This document shows positions 25,976 through 39,021 of a stretch of DNA of 64,000 nt, piece after piece. The DNA is taken from assembly GCA_038087875.1 (NCBI GenBank), contig CM075996.1, positions 6,946,001 to 7,010,000 on the forward strand, given 5' to 3'. Source of the stretch: Malacoraja senta (taxonomy: Eukaryota). A program made the translations under genes and the position numbers. The stretch's first letter is position 1. Every line of letters begins with the position of its first letter. The notes below the pieces were generated by a model. The model saw only the letters and a program-made list of their open reading frames with translations, made no database searches and was not told where the DNA came from.

Positions 25976-27817
25976 AAGACAATCTCGACCAATCTGGTTG
26001 ACACTCAAAGAGGTCCAATCAATGCCTTCCTCTCATATCTCCCCACAATCTCGAGCTTCCAACCAAAGGTTAGACAAACTTTGGGCAGGCAAGGATTGTT
26101 AATATGTGTAGGAGGGAACTGCAGATGCTGGTTTAAACTGGAGATAGGCACAAAATCCTGGAGTAACTCAGCGGGTCGGGCAACATCTCCGGAGAGAAGG
26201 AATGGGTGACATTTTGGGCCGAGTCCCTTCAGACCGAGAGTCAGGAGAATGGGAAATGAAAGCTGTAGATGGTGTTATAGAGAGATATGGAACAAATGAA
26301 TGAAAGATATGCAAAAAAAGAACTATGATGTGAACAGGCCATTGATAGCTGTGGGCGAGGTGAAAACGAGTTACAGACAATGAGACGACTTTGAAACTAG
26401 TACAAAGACATGGGTGGGGGAGGGTCGGAGAGAGAGGGGATGTATATGTTGTTTGATTATAATATGTCAAAAGTTGCTGGGTCAGTGAGCCACAGTCGTT
26501 TTGTGGTGCCCATAACATGCTGCCTGTGGAAGTCATAGAGTCATAAAGCATGGAAACAGGCCCTTCAGCCCACACTGACCAACATGCCTCATCTACACTA
26601 GACCCACCTGCCCATGTTTGGCCCGAATCCCTCTAAACCGTTCCTATTCATGTACCTGTCTAAACGTCTTTAAAATGCGATAGTTATAGTTTCTGCCTCA
26701 ACTACCTCCTCCAGAAGCTCGTTCCATGTACCCACCACCCTCTGAGTGAAAATGGTGCCCCTCAAATTCCTATTAAATTACTCCCCTCTTGCCTTCAACA
26801 ATGTCCTGTGGTTCTTGATTCTAGACTCTGTGAATCTGTTCCTATCTGTTCTCCTCGTGATTTTATACACCGCTACAATGTCATCCCTCATCCTGCTATG
26901 GTCCAAGGAATACAGTCCCAGCCTGCCCAACCTCTCCCTATAGCCCAGGGCCTCGAGTCCTAGAAAGAGTTAGAAAAGGTGCAATAACAAATTTGAAGAG
27001 GTATTTATACAGACATGTGAAATAGGCAGGGAAGGAGGGATACAGAACTTGTTCAGGCTGATGGGTTTAGTTATTAGGCAACACGGTGGCACAGCAGCAG
27101 AGCAGCCTTACAGCACCAGATACCAGGGTTCGATCCAGACCACGGGTGCTGTCTGTACGGTGTATTACGTTCTCCCCGTGACCTGCCTGGGTTTTCTCCA
27201 TGATGATCAGTTTCCTCCCACACTACAAAGACGTACAGGTTTTAATTGGCTTGGTATCAATGTAAAATTGTCCCTAGCATGTATAGGATAGCGTTAATAT
27301 GCGGGGATCGCTGGTCGGCGCGGACTCGGTGGGCCGAAGGGACTGTTTTCGCGCTGTATCACTAAAATAAATTTAGTTGATGAAAAGACACAAAGTGTTG
27401 GAGTAACTTAGCTGACTGAATCAGTGTGAGGAAGGGTCCTGACGTCACCTATCCATGTTCTCCAGAGATCCTGAAATGCTGAATTACTCCAGCACTTTGT
27501 GTCCTTTTGTCTATGAACCACGTCTGCAGTCTTCGTCTATGACGGACAAAACCTCCTGCTATGGTCAGCTTACATATAAACCCTTGTTCTATCCTCGGGG
27601 CATGTTAATGGGGGAAACTGGGAACTGGAGACATAAAGGCCAGAACTTTAGAGGGAGAGAGAGAGACACATCTGCCGTCAGTGTGGACCTCAATGTAATG
27701 AACATTTGGAACAGATAGTACCAGAGGTTGTAAGTGAAAGATGAACAACAGCAACAATGGAAATTGAAGGAACTCTACACAGATCTATGTTAAACATATG
27801 TAATAAAAAGGAACTGC

Positions 27818-29110
27818 AGATGCTGGTTAATACGAAAGAAAGAAACAAAATGTTGGAGTAACTCAGCGGGTCAGGCAGCATCTCTGGAGAAAAACATCTC
27901 TTCAGACTGAAGTAGGGTCCCGACGGAATTGTCACCTATCCATGTTCTCCAGAGATGTTGCCTGACCCGCTGAGTGACTTCACCAAGCTGCGACTATCTT
28001 TCATGTTAAACATGAACTCAGTGCGATCTGTATCATTAAATCAAGCTTCAATTATTATCTAATTAGGAAGGAACTGCAGATGCTGCTTTAAACCGAAGAT
28101 AGAGACAAAAAGCAGGAGTAACTCAGCAGGACAGGCAGCATCACTGGAGAGAATTAATGGGTGAAGTTTTGGGTCGAGACCCTTCTTCAGTTCTTTAATT
28201 ATTATCTCACCCAAAACACAAACACTAACGGCCTGTTGCTCCCTGTCAAAGCTCATGAACAATGTCGGGGCAGAATGGTTTGCAGACGGACTCTGAATAC
28301 AGATCCGGTTTCTGACTCCGTTTGTCTGGGGTCAGCTCTCTCATCCCCAGAGGTGGCCTCGTAACCCTCTTCTGGACCGCCTCCAACACTGGCACATCTC
28401 TCCTTAAATGAAGGGAGGCCACTAAACCTATGCCCAGCACTCCGGGTACAGACCGACCGACCGACCAACACCTTGTACTGTTGCAACAATATCTCCATAT
28501 TCCACATCTCCAGTCCTTGCTGTACCTGCCTGCTGATTGTATTGTAATTGATGCACGAGAACAAATAGATCCCTCTCTACTCCACCATTTGATGTTTGTC
28601 TACATCTGGATAATAGTCTGTCTTAAAGTACACGTCCCCGCACTTTCCCCACATTAAGTGAAGCGAATGTTATGTTCATCGCTCAGCTTTTTAAAGTTCC
28701 AGAGTCATTGTCACAGTCAGTTGTCAATTGCCCCTGGGTCACAGTCGTTGGAAACTGCACCAATTTTGGGCTGGGTTCCTGGCACTGATCTCTCCAGAGA
28801 GAGGATTCCACTCTGGTGAAGCTGGTGGTGTTAGTGAGGGGGGTTTCATGATATCCAGCTGGCACTATCTATCCTTTATTGATCATTGGGATGTCACAGT
28901 GGTGCTGCTGGTAGAGCAACTGCCTCAAAATCCATTTGTGTGGAATTTATCACAAATTATAGGCGTAGAATTCGGCCTATTAGTAGAATTAGGCCTATCG
29001 CTGCATTGAGCCCACTCTGCCATTCAATCATGGCTGATCTCTGCCTCCAAATCCCATTTTCCTGACATCTCCCCATAACACTTGACACCCGTTGGAATCA
29101 AGAATTTGTC
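27818..29110 (+). repeat. Locus-specific duplicated module, copy 2 (upstream of galectin A)
   Basis: Collinear with 1-1280. Confidence 0.85.
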
Positions 29111-30672
29111 TGCCTCCTGACCTATTATAGACACAAAATGTTGGAGTAACACGGCGGGACAGGCAGCATCTCTGGATAGAAGTAATTGGTGACGTTTCAT
29201 GTCGAGACCCTTCATCAGACTGACTTCAGGGGGGAGGGAGATAGATAGATAAGGAAGTGTATGGTGTGAAAACAGGACAAAGGGAACAGGGATCAAGGAC
29301 AATGTAGAATGGATCATTGTTAGCTGGGAGAAGGTAACAACAAAGCAAACAGAGATAAAATGTAGTCAGAGACAGTGAGATTGGTCGGAGATCTGGGAAG
29401 GTGGAGGGAGAGGGAAAGCAAGGGTTACTTGAATTTGTAGAAGTCAATGTTCATACCGCTGGGGTGTAAGCTGCCCAAGAGAAATACGAGGTGCTGTTTC
29501 TCCAATTTATGCCCGAAATGTAACCCGTTCCTTCTCTCCAGAGATGCTGCCTGTCCCACTGAGTTAATCCAGTAAATTGTGTCTAACTTTGGTGTAAACC
29601 AGCATCTGCAGTTACTTGTGCAAGAAAGAACTGCAGATGCTGGTAAAATCGAAGGTAGACACAAAATGCTGGAGTAACTCTGCGGGACAGGCAGCATCTC
29701 TGGAGAGAAGGAATGGGTGATGTTTCAGATTGACCCAGAGATGCTGCCTGTCCCGCTGAGTTACTCCAGCTTTTTCGGCTATCTTCGGTTTAAACCAGCA
29801 CCTGCAGTTTTCCTTCCTAAACAACGATCCATTCCACATCTTCCTTGGACTTCATCCCCTTTGATCTCTCCTTTTCACACCTCGCCCTTCCATATCTCCA
29901 CGTCTCCTCCCCCCCCCCCCCCCTTGGACCGTAGCAGGATGAGGGATGACATTGTAGCGGTGTATAAAATCATGGTAACATCCCCTCCACATCCACTCTA
30001 TCCAAGCCTTTAACTATTCTGTTCGTTTCAATGAGGTCCCCCCTCATCCTTAACTTCAGCGAATCTAAGCCCAGTGCCATCAAGCGCTCACCATATGTTA
30101 ACCAGCATCTGCAATTCCTTCCTAAACAGGTGGCCCATTTTGATACAGAGAAAATGAGTTCCTCAGAAGAGGGAGGATCTGATGCTGAGTCAGCAAGACT
30201 GTGGAATTCTTTGCCACAGAAGGCTGTGGAGGACAAGTCAATGGATATTTTTAAGGTAGAGATAGATACATTCTTGATTAGTATGGGTGTCAGGGGTTAT
30301 GGGGAGAAGGCAAGAGAATGGGGTTAGGAGGGAGAGATAGATCAGCCATGATTGAATGGTGGAGAAGATTGATTGACCGAATGGCCTATATCTGCTCCTA
30401 TCCCTTATGACGTTATTATGACTTTAGTCTTTCGAGATACAGCGTGGAAACAGGCCCTTTGGCACTCTGAGTCTGCACCATCCAAGGATTACCCCATACA
30501 CTCACGCTATCCAACACACACCAGGGACAATTTAAAAAATAATAATTAAGGATGGGAAAATAGTTTTTTAAGAATATTTGCTTTACTTGTACAATGATGG
30601 TGGGGCTTTGTTTTGAATCATGTTATTGTAAATAATTGAATAAAATATTTTGGTTGAAAATAAAGGGACAAC

Positions 30673-31890
30673 TGTAGATCAATCACTATTGCTGATTTGA
30701 TCCATGTCTGCTATTGCTGACCTGATCCGTAATCCATGTCGGGTTTCCACTGTGCCATCTTGTGGAATGTGAGCAACCATGTTTACAGTTTAAACTACGA
30801 CTTCGAGCCTACAGTACCTATTTATATGGTTCCTGTATGTATTCTTATTAAAGTACATATTATGAAGTTTTATGACAGTGTCAATAGTACTTTATACATG
30901 GTGTCAGAAGTGAATTTCGGATCGACTTTGGCTGCTATTTTTATGAGTGTTTACACTCTCACAAATGGCTGAAGCTTTCTGAAAACCAGAACCTCTCGTC
31001 TTCAATAGCAGAATCGGAGAGCGATGGCGTATCTTTGAGCGACAGTATAATGTCTCCATCGCTGCATCTTACTATGATAAGCCGGCTGTGGCCAGTGCTA
31101 ACATGCTCCTCAACCTCGCAGGAGATGAAGGTTTACGAACGCGCACAACAGTTTGTGTGCAGATGAAATAACTCATCAACCTGTCGATGGTGCAGCTGCG
31201 TCCGTTACCCCTGCTGCATCACCCAACGACCCGGAATTTCTCAAAAGAAAGTTTCGACAGCTGTCTGACCCTCCGGCCAATCCTCTCATCGAGCGGGTGA
31301 AGTTCTCCGCATGAAATCAGAATGAGGGTGAGGCTATTGAATCATTTGTGTGTGTGATCAAAAAAGCTGCTGGAAGCTGTAGATTTGGTGAGCTTCGGGA
31401 TGAGTTTATTTGAGACATATAGTGTGCGGTCTTATTAACAACAAACTAAGAAGAAAGCTTGTCCGTGACCCTGCCATAACTTTGGAAAGGGCTGTCGCTG
31501 TCTGCGAAAATTACAAGCTGTATGTCTGTCATGCCAGACGCTAACGGAGGCCATGGGAATTTATAGTGTCCAGGCTTTGTTTCCTAGACGACCAAATCAA
31601 GAGATAACAATGTAAGCACAGTTTGATAAGCCTGTGACAAGATTTATTACAAAGTGCACAAATTGCAGTGGTGCAAGAAGGGACAGTTGCCCCACTTTTG
31701 ACCAAATTTGCCATGGTTGCAAAAGGCACAACCATTTCTGGAGATGTTGCAGATCTCGGCCTAGCAGAGAGAAGACAAAACAATTCATGAATCTTCTATA
31801 GGCCGAGCCTTTGTCTGAGTTATCTGATAGCAGCACTGATGATAAGCCTAAAGTGGATGGCGTGATTCTGCAAACTCATTCCATTGCAAG
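30673..31890 (+). mobile_element. Ty3/Gypsy 5' LTR (30673-30898), tRNA-Leu PBS (30899-30912) and degraded gag
   Basis: The LTR starts tgtagatcaatcactatt like the 2276-2509 LTR. PBS TGGTGTCAGAAGTG. Gag remnant ...SCRFGELRDEF... and CHGCKRHNHFWRCC knuckle near 31700. Confidence 0.8.
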
Positions 31891-31896
31891 ACATGT

Positions 31897-32708
31897 TTAA
31901 GAAGGAACTGCAGATGCTGGAACAATCGAAGGTAGACAAAAATGCTGGAGAAACTCAGCGGGTGAGGCAGCATCTATGGAGCGAAGGAATGGGTGACGTT
32001 TCGGGTCGAGACTCTTCTTCAGACTGATGAGGGGATGGGGGGGCCGGGAAGAAGAAAGAAAGAGGCGGAGACAGTGGGCTGTGGGAGAGCTAGGAAGGGG
32101 AGGGGAAAGAGGGAGAAAGCAAGGACTACCTGAAATTGGAGAAGTCAATGTTCATACCGCTGGGGTGTAAACTACCCAAGCGAAATATGAGGTGCTGCTC
32201 CTCCAATTTACGGTGGGCCTTACTCTGGCCATGGAGGAGTCCCAGGACCGAAAGGTCGGATTCGGAATGGGAGGGGGCGTTGAAGTGCTGAGCCACAGGG
32301 AGATCAGGTTGGTTAATGCAGACCGAGCGGAGGTGTTGGGCGAAGTGATCGCCAAGCCTATGCTTGGTCTCACCGATGTAGAGCAGCTGACATCTAGAGC
32401 TGCGGATGTAATAGATGAGGTTGGAGGAGGTGCAGGCGAACCTCTGCCGCACCTGGAAAGACTGCTTATGTCCTTGGATGGGGTCAAGGGGGGAGGTGAA
32501 GCGACAAGTGTAGCATTTCCTGCATTTACAATGTAAAGTACCAGGGGAGGGGATGGTTTGGGTGGGAAGGGAAGAATTGACCAGGGAGTTCCAGAGGGAG
32601 CGGTCTCTGCGGAAAGCCGACAGGGGAGGAGATGGGAAGATGTGGCCAGTGGTGGAATTCTGTTGGAGGTGGCGAAAATATCAGAGGATTATCTGTTGTA
32701 TGTGACGG
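31897..32708 (-). mobile_element. Penelope-like element 3' part (GIY-YIG endonuclease plus pseudo-LTR)
   Basis: NLIYYIRSSRCQLLYIGETKHRL...HF...EQHLIFRLGSL.P.GMN. Cut off at the ERV LTR. Confidence 0.87.
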
Positions 32709-33602
32709 TGTAAGTTATTGGGGGCAAATCCTCCAAGATTATGGAAGAAACTCGGCGATAAGGACCTGGACATTTTAAAACAGACATGCTGGCTGCAAAA
32801 GGAAAAAAAAAAAACAAGGGATCACAAGTTCAAAGCCTGTCTGTGGGCCTGGGCAGCCACATGACTATGCGAATGGTGAGAACAGGAAAGGCCGGAACGG
32901 AGATAACGAGATTATCTTGGAAAGACAAAGGAAGGAACCGAGCCCAGCAGATGGGGGTAAATAGCGCAGCAGCAAGACAATCACCATCGTAAATGGCCCA
33001 TCCATCGGGACTATGGGAGCCCATCCAGGTGATGGGATAACGATCAGGCTGAGGCATTGTGACATCAGCAAACCCATTATCATCGGAAGCCTATTGTTCA
33101 TGCCAGATCGAAACTGGGAATCATCGAAAGACCCTTTTGTGCAGAGGACCACCTGGGAGGTTTCAAGGGAGAAACTCGGGTATAAAAGGGACAGGCAAGC
33201 AAGAGCTCGCTCTCTTTCCTGCTCTGTTGGACGGCTCCTGACCCTGCATCGATCTAGCTGTAAGTACCCCAGACGACCTGGTGAAATTCCCGAAATAGGA
33301 TAGAGGTTGAGAGAAGAAGGGGAAAGGGGGTGTATCTGTAATTAAAATTGTGTAAAGTAAGTTTTTACGATGTGCCCGATAATTTTCTTTCCATAGTCTT
33401 AGTTTAAAGCATAAGTTTAGTCACGTATTATGCAGTGTTGGTGAGATTCGATTTATCATTTGTTCAATAAAGCCTGTAAATTTTAGACTTGCTTTGAGTC
33501 CGTCTTGGTTTCTGTTTTCTCTCATCAGCACGCTCTGGTCAAGGGAGAGAATCACTCGGGCAGTTGGGCCCGAAGTGGAGCAAAGGGAACTAAACCCCTA
33601 CA
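32709..33602 (+). repeat. ERV 5' LTR (894 bp)
   Basis: TG...CA ends, TATAAA at 33181, AATAAA at 33466; inverted homolog at 37711-38734. Confidence 0.92.
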
Positions 33603-33604
33603 AA

Positions 33605-33622
33605 TGGCGACCGCAGCAGGAC
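33605..33622 (+). other. Primer-binding site, probably tRNA-Arg(UCG)
   Basis: TGGCGACCGCAGCAGGAC lies 2 nt after the LTR. It has one mismatch to the complement of the vertebrate tRNA-Arg(TCG) 3' end as I recall it (TGGCGACCGCGGCAGGAC). Confidence 0.75.
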
Positions 33623-33675
33623 CTTAGTGGTTTGGGATATGTGACTTGCCAGAGGGGGTGAGAGAACGTCGCAAG

Positions 33676-35378
33676 ATGGAGGAGAGAATCTCCTCTTATC
33701 TGTTTAAAAAGATAAATCTCACCAAACAATGGGTGGTAGCATTTTTGACAGCACAGCAGCCCGCAGCAGCTGCAGCAGAATGGACGGAAAGTAAAGGTTA
33801 TAATAAAGTGCAGGAAAAGGCCGTTTGGCTAGCGTGCCTATCGCAGCAGGCAGCCAAAATGGAGAGACCGGTAGAGAGTCTAGAAGAGCAACTGAGAAAA
33901 GCTAAGGCCAGTGCTGAGGAAAGCGCTAGAGAAGGGGAAGGGCTATATGAGGAACTCAGTGAAGCCAGGCAGTGTATCTTGCAGGCTAGGGAGTCCCACA
34001 GAAATGTCCAGGAATTCCTCCAATGCCAGGCGGTAGAGGCAAAGGAGAGGGAACGGAACGCCCAGGAACTCCTGGCTCAGAGTACACAGAGGTACAGGGA
34101 GCTGGAGGGAAAGTTCCAAGATATCCAAGCAGCATACAGGGTGGCCCGTAGCGAGCTAGGGGATTGTGATCACGGGCCTTGTCAGGCAAGGGTAGCGCAG
34201 CTGGAGGAGACTCTGTCCAGGACTAGGGGACGGGTTCACCTGATAGGACCAGGGGGGTCCCCCGGGGGCAGAGGGCTTCCCTCAGCAGATGATTCCCCAG
34301 GGGCAAATGGGAATAGACCGCCTCCTGAGGAGCCGGGAATAGGTCCGGGTCGGCAGGTGGGGTTCGGGTTGTCCGGGGAGGGACAGGCCCAAGGAGGGGC
34401 GAGAGAGCACCCTCAGTTAGCGGCGTCTGCGCCATGTGTAGCACACCACGAGGTGGTGGGGTTACCGATCATGGTGGGAGAGCAGGGGGTAAAGGGGCAA
34501 CAGCCCCGGGTAGGGCAGATGTGCCTGGTACGGCAAAGGAAATATGGTCCCCCGGTAGGGCAGGCAGATAGGGGCCCATAGAGAGTGATATTATCATTCC
34601 CCATGGGGCACACGTGCTGAGGGGGATGGTGGCTCACGTTCCCAGGTTAACCAGGGCGGGAGACCCGTCATTGCATTTTATGGAGGTGCAGCAGGCAGCC
34701 GATATAAACGATTGCGATGAGGTAGAACGGGTAAAGCTACTACTGATGACCCTGGATTCCTACCTATGCAAGGCGGTGACCTCCAGGGAAGGGGGAAGAC
34801 CTGAAACATGGGTAGCGGCACAGACAGCGGTTCTGGAGGCCATGGGGTTGAATCAGGGTAGTCCTTTCGCCAGGGTGGGGGAGACGAAGCAGCAGGTAGC
34901 TGAGTCCCCGGACATGTTCGCAGACAGACTGTGAGCAGTGTATGAGGGAGCGTGTGGGACGCCTTTAGATAGGCGGAATTTAGATGAGAGAACAGCCCAC
35001 TGGCTGAAGACTCTGGTAGCGAATTGCCTCCCGCGAGTTAGGGCAAAGGCCGAGCACTGGTTCGACCCAGCGGACCCAAACCTTAACAAGGCAGAGGTAA
35101 TAAGGAAGCTCACCCTTGCGTATCGCAACGGGGAGAGAAGTGAGGAGAAGCCCTTTAAGGGCAAGGTGTACAATATAGCACCGGCACCCCCCAAAAGGAG
35201 GGAGTGGAAACAGGAAGGCAGCCGGACTTCTTCCAAGATGAGGCCGGTGTGCTACGGGTGTGGGAAGCCCGGGCACTACAAGAGGGAGTGCAGAAACCCA
35301 AGTAGAGCAGTGGAGGATATGACCCCGGTAACAGCCGACCCAGCCCCGGAGGAGGGAGCGGCCGTGCCGGGAACAATA
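33676..35378 (+). pseudogene. gag: ERV gag pseudogene
   Basis: ORFs 33646-34581, 34614-34934 and 34938-35447 join after a 1-nt loss in a G run near 34572 and a TGA at 34932. CCHC knuckle near 35250. Confidence 0.85.
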
Positions 35379-35379
35379 G

Positions 35380-35760
35380 ATAATAATAATAATAATAGAT
35401 TTTATTTATATAGCGCTTTTCAGGACTCAAAGTCGCTTTACAATTGAGAGTCAGGAATAAACAAAACAAAATAGAGCAGTAAGACAGAGGGGAGGGGAAC
35501 ATGGGACTAAGGGTATGCAGAGGTGAAGAGATGGGTCTTGAGGCGGGACTGGAAGATGGTGAGGGACTCAGAATTTCGGACCGGTTGTGGGAGGGAATTC
35601 CAGAGCCTGGGAGCTGCCCTGGAGAAGGCTCTGCCTCCAAAAGTGCAGAGGTTTGATTTCGGAGTGGAGAGGAGACCAGCTGATGTGGATCTGAGGGACC
35701 GTGAGGGTTGGTAGGGGGAGAGGAGGTCAATGAGATAAGGGGGGGCCAGGTTGTTGATAG
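35380..35760 (-). mobile_element. L2-clade LINE 3' end
   Basis: (TTA)n tail; encodes ...SLRSTSAGLL...GGRAFSRAAPRLWNSLP...LKTHLF. Confidence 0.75.
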
Positions 35761-35882
35761 TGGCCGCAGCTTGCCAATCCGCTAACGGCGATAACCGCTT
35801 TCAAAACAAACACTCTCGCATGCCGAGGCCGGGAGGAGGGAGGGAGGGGGAGGCCTCCTTCGGCCGTCTGAAGCAGCTGCAC

Positions 35883-35910
35883 CAAAGATCCTATAGCTAT
35901 AGGATCTTTG
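35883..35910. repeat. 28-bp perfect palindrome flanked by an 8-bp direct repeat
   Basis: agctgcac-CAAAGATCCTATAG|CTATAGGATCTTTG-agctgcac. Confidence 0.9.
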
Positions 35911-36109
35911 AGCTGCACTGCTCGGCCCCGCACCTTGCTGTTGGCTGGTGGAGGAGGGGAGGCGGTGGCGAGGAGATCCGGCCAAGGCAGCGGGGCGATG
36001 TTGTCCGAGGAGCGCTGACCTTCCTCCCTACCCACCTCCCCCCTCTCTCTCTCTCTCTCTTTTGTACGCCCCCCTCCACCCCCCCCCCCCTTATCCTGGG
36101 ACACCTCCT

Positions 36110-36965
36110 CTCCATCCCGCACTGATCCCCATTCCCGCCTCTATTCAGTCCTCACTGACATCCCCTGTGCTCCACTCCCCATCTACCCCCCCCATCTATT
36201 CATCCTGCGCTGATCAGCCTATCCACCTCACATTGATTCTCCTGCCACCCCCCGATCCATCCTACACTGGTTCCCCAATTCATCCTGTACTTACCCCCCT
36301 TCCCATCCATCCTGCACTTCTCCTCCATCCATCCTGTACTGATCCCCCATCCATCCTGTACTAATCCACCCATTCATCCCGTACTGACCCACCCTCCATT
36401 TACCCTGTACCGATCCCCCCATCCATCCTGTAGTGATCTATCCATTCATCTTTTACTGAACCCCCCATTCATCCTGTACTGATCCCCTCATTCATCCTGT
36501 AGTGGTCCCCCATTCACAGGCACAGACCCTTCGATCCACACTGTACTGACCCACCCCCCCCCCATTCATCCTGTGCTGATCTCCCCCCCCCATCCATCCG
36601 GTACTGATCCCCCCATTCAAGAAGAATTGGGGGAACAGTCTGAAGAAGGCTCGACCCGAAACGTTGCCTATTCCCTTCGCTCCATAGATGCTGCCTCACC
36701 CGCTGAGTTTCTCCAGCACTTTTGTCTAATCCCATTCATCCTGTACTGATCCCCCCCATCCATCCCATACTGATCCTCCCATTCAACACCACTGACATCC
36801 CTCGTGCTCTCCCCTCACAATTTTACATACTCCAACCAACACGTACTAATTCACCTGCCTCAATCCATCCATTCCACACCGATTGCCTTCTAAACCCCCC
36901 CCCCCCCCCACCCCCCGCCATCTATCCATCCCGCACTGATTCACACCCCCACCCCCCTGACCCTA
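36110..36965. repeat. C-rich minisatellite (catccatcctgtactgatccccc-like) with an embedded Penelope fragment
   Basis: Direct inspection. Confidence 0.8.
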
Positions 36966-37710
36966 TTGTGCTGGAAATGTCTTCAGAGCGAACATTGACT
37001 ATGTTTGATAACGGAATGCAATCAAATGTGTTTTAATTCCCAATGTTATTATTTGTTTTAGTCCATAAAGATCGATTCATTAAATTGTGAACACGTGAAA
37101 CATTAAAACCGCAGTGTTCGATTGTCACTGCTACCATTGACACGTTATTACAGAATTCATTTTAACGGCAAATCAATGCTCTTAATATGGATTATCAGTA
37201 CTGTAGTTATTTAATGAGCAACATTCACAACTATACGTTGGATTTATCCAGGTTTTACTTCTACAGTCGGTCATATACATCACAAATTTGGTCAGGAGAT
37301 ATTTCAGTTGAAATTTTAACGTTAATTCTGAAGTGGGAATGATGGAAACAGTGTTTATCAATAATTTTTTTGTAATCTGGTGTGTACAAACTGGGTATCT
37401 TCATTGCTGTTCACAACACGTACATCTAATCTGAATGTCCGGTAATGTGGCATTTTGACACCTTTAAACATATTACCAAAAGAACATTTGCTGCAGTTAT
37501 GTCCTTTGGCCATCTCTTGTCAGTTAATGTAATGTTTAACCTGTCAGATGGGTATAGTCAGTTTTAACAGCTATTATCTTAAAATGCCTATAGAAATTTC
37601 CTTGCAACCTGTATATTTTGTTATGGATAAATTATGTGGGAAACGAGAGTGTTTCTGTACCAATAGCAATAACGACCCATGCTATGGCATGTCATGGTAA
37701 TTTTCGGTCC

Positions 37711-38734
37711 TGTAGGGGTTTAGTTCCCTTTGCTCCACTTCGGGCCCAACTGCCCGAGTGATTCTCTCCCTTGTCGGTGGGTCAAACGGCCACCACTCCA
37801 CTCGAGCGGTTCCCAAGAGAGAATACAAAAAAAGGGTTCCCCAGGGTTCTAGACCTCGGCATTATGGTGGGATATGATAAAAGGTTGACTTGACCAGAGC
37901 GTGCTGTAGAGAGAAAACAGAAACCAAGACGGACTCAAAGCAAGTCTAAAATTTACAGGCTTTATTGAACAAATGAGAAATCTGATCTCACCAACTCTAC
38001 ATAATACGTGACTAAACTTATGCTTTAAACTAAGACTATGGAAAGAAAATTATCGGGCATGTCGTAAAAACTTACTTTACACAATTTTAATTACAAATGC
38101 ACCCCCCCCCCCCCCTTTTTCCCCTTCTTCTCTCAACCTCTATTCTATGTGGGGAACTTCACCAGGTCGTCTGGGGTACTTACAGCTAGATCGATGCAGG
38201 GTCAGGAGCCATCCAACAGAGCAGAAAAGAGAGAGCTCTTGCTTGCCTGTCCCTTTTATACCCGAGTTTCTCCCTTGAAACCTCCCAGGTGGTCCTCTGG
38301 ACAAAAGGGTCTTTCGATGATTCCCAGTTTCGATCTGGCATGAACAATAGGCTTCCGATGATAATGGGTTTGCTGATGTCACGATGCCTCAGCCTGATCG
38401 TTATCCCATCACCTGGATGGGCTCCCATAGTCCCGATGGATGGGCCATTTATGATGGTGAATGTCTTACTGGTGCGCTATTTACACCCGTCTGCTGGGCT
38501 CGGTTCCTTCCTTTGTCTTTCCAAGATAATCTCGTAATCTCCGTCCCGGCCTTTCCTGTTCTCACCATTCGCATAGTCATGTGGCTGCCCAGGCCCACAG
38601 ACAGGCCTTGAACTTGTGATCTCTTGGTTTTTATTTTTCCTTTTGCAGCCAGCATGTCTCTTTAAAATGTCCAGGTCCTTATCCCCGAGTTTCTTCCATA
38701 ATTTTTTTGGAGGATTTGCCCCCAATAACTTACA
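37711..38734 (-). repeat. ERV 3' LTR (1024 bp)
   Basis: Reverse complement of 32709-33602 plus ~119 bp extra (37774-37892). Confidence 0.92.
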
Positions 38735-39021
38735 TGCCCCTACGATACGTCCAGGCTTGCACGACGGTATCGATTGACAAAGTTAGTGGGCAACTCCTCC
38801 AGTCTCAAGAGTTGTAAACACCCCTGTCGAGATTGTGAAATTATGTACCCTAGAAAAACCCCTTAATTGCTAAACTAGACTCTCGAAGCACATTAACTTA
38901 CACTATACACCTTTTACTTTAAATCAATCCCACAAACCATACAGTACCATCACGACCGTTCCCTGAAAATGCAGGGAACACAACATATGTACGAAAACCA
39001 TTGCAATAGAGTACAGACATT

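Larger units (their letters stand above)
32709..35378 (+). mobile_element. Endogenous retrovirus (lokiretrovirus-like), 5' half: LTR-PBS-gag, truncated after the zinc knuckle
   Basis: LTR TGTA...TACA at 32709-33602, then PBS, then gag with an N-terminal coiled coil and CYGCGKPGHYKREC. Confidence 0.88.

Noticed and set aside
38477..38780. ~100-codon open frame running into U3 of the 3' LTR (possible accessory gene)
   Set aside because: No ATG start, and the frame is broken by indels in the other LTR copy.
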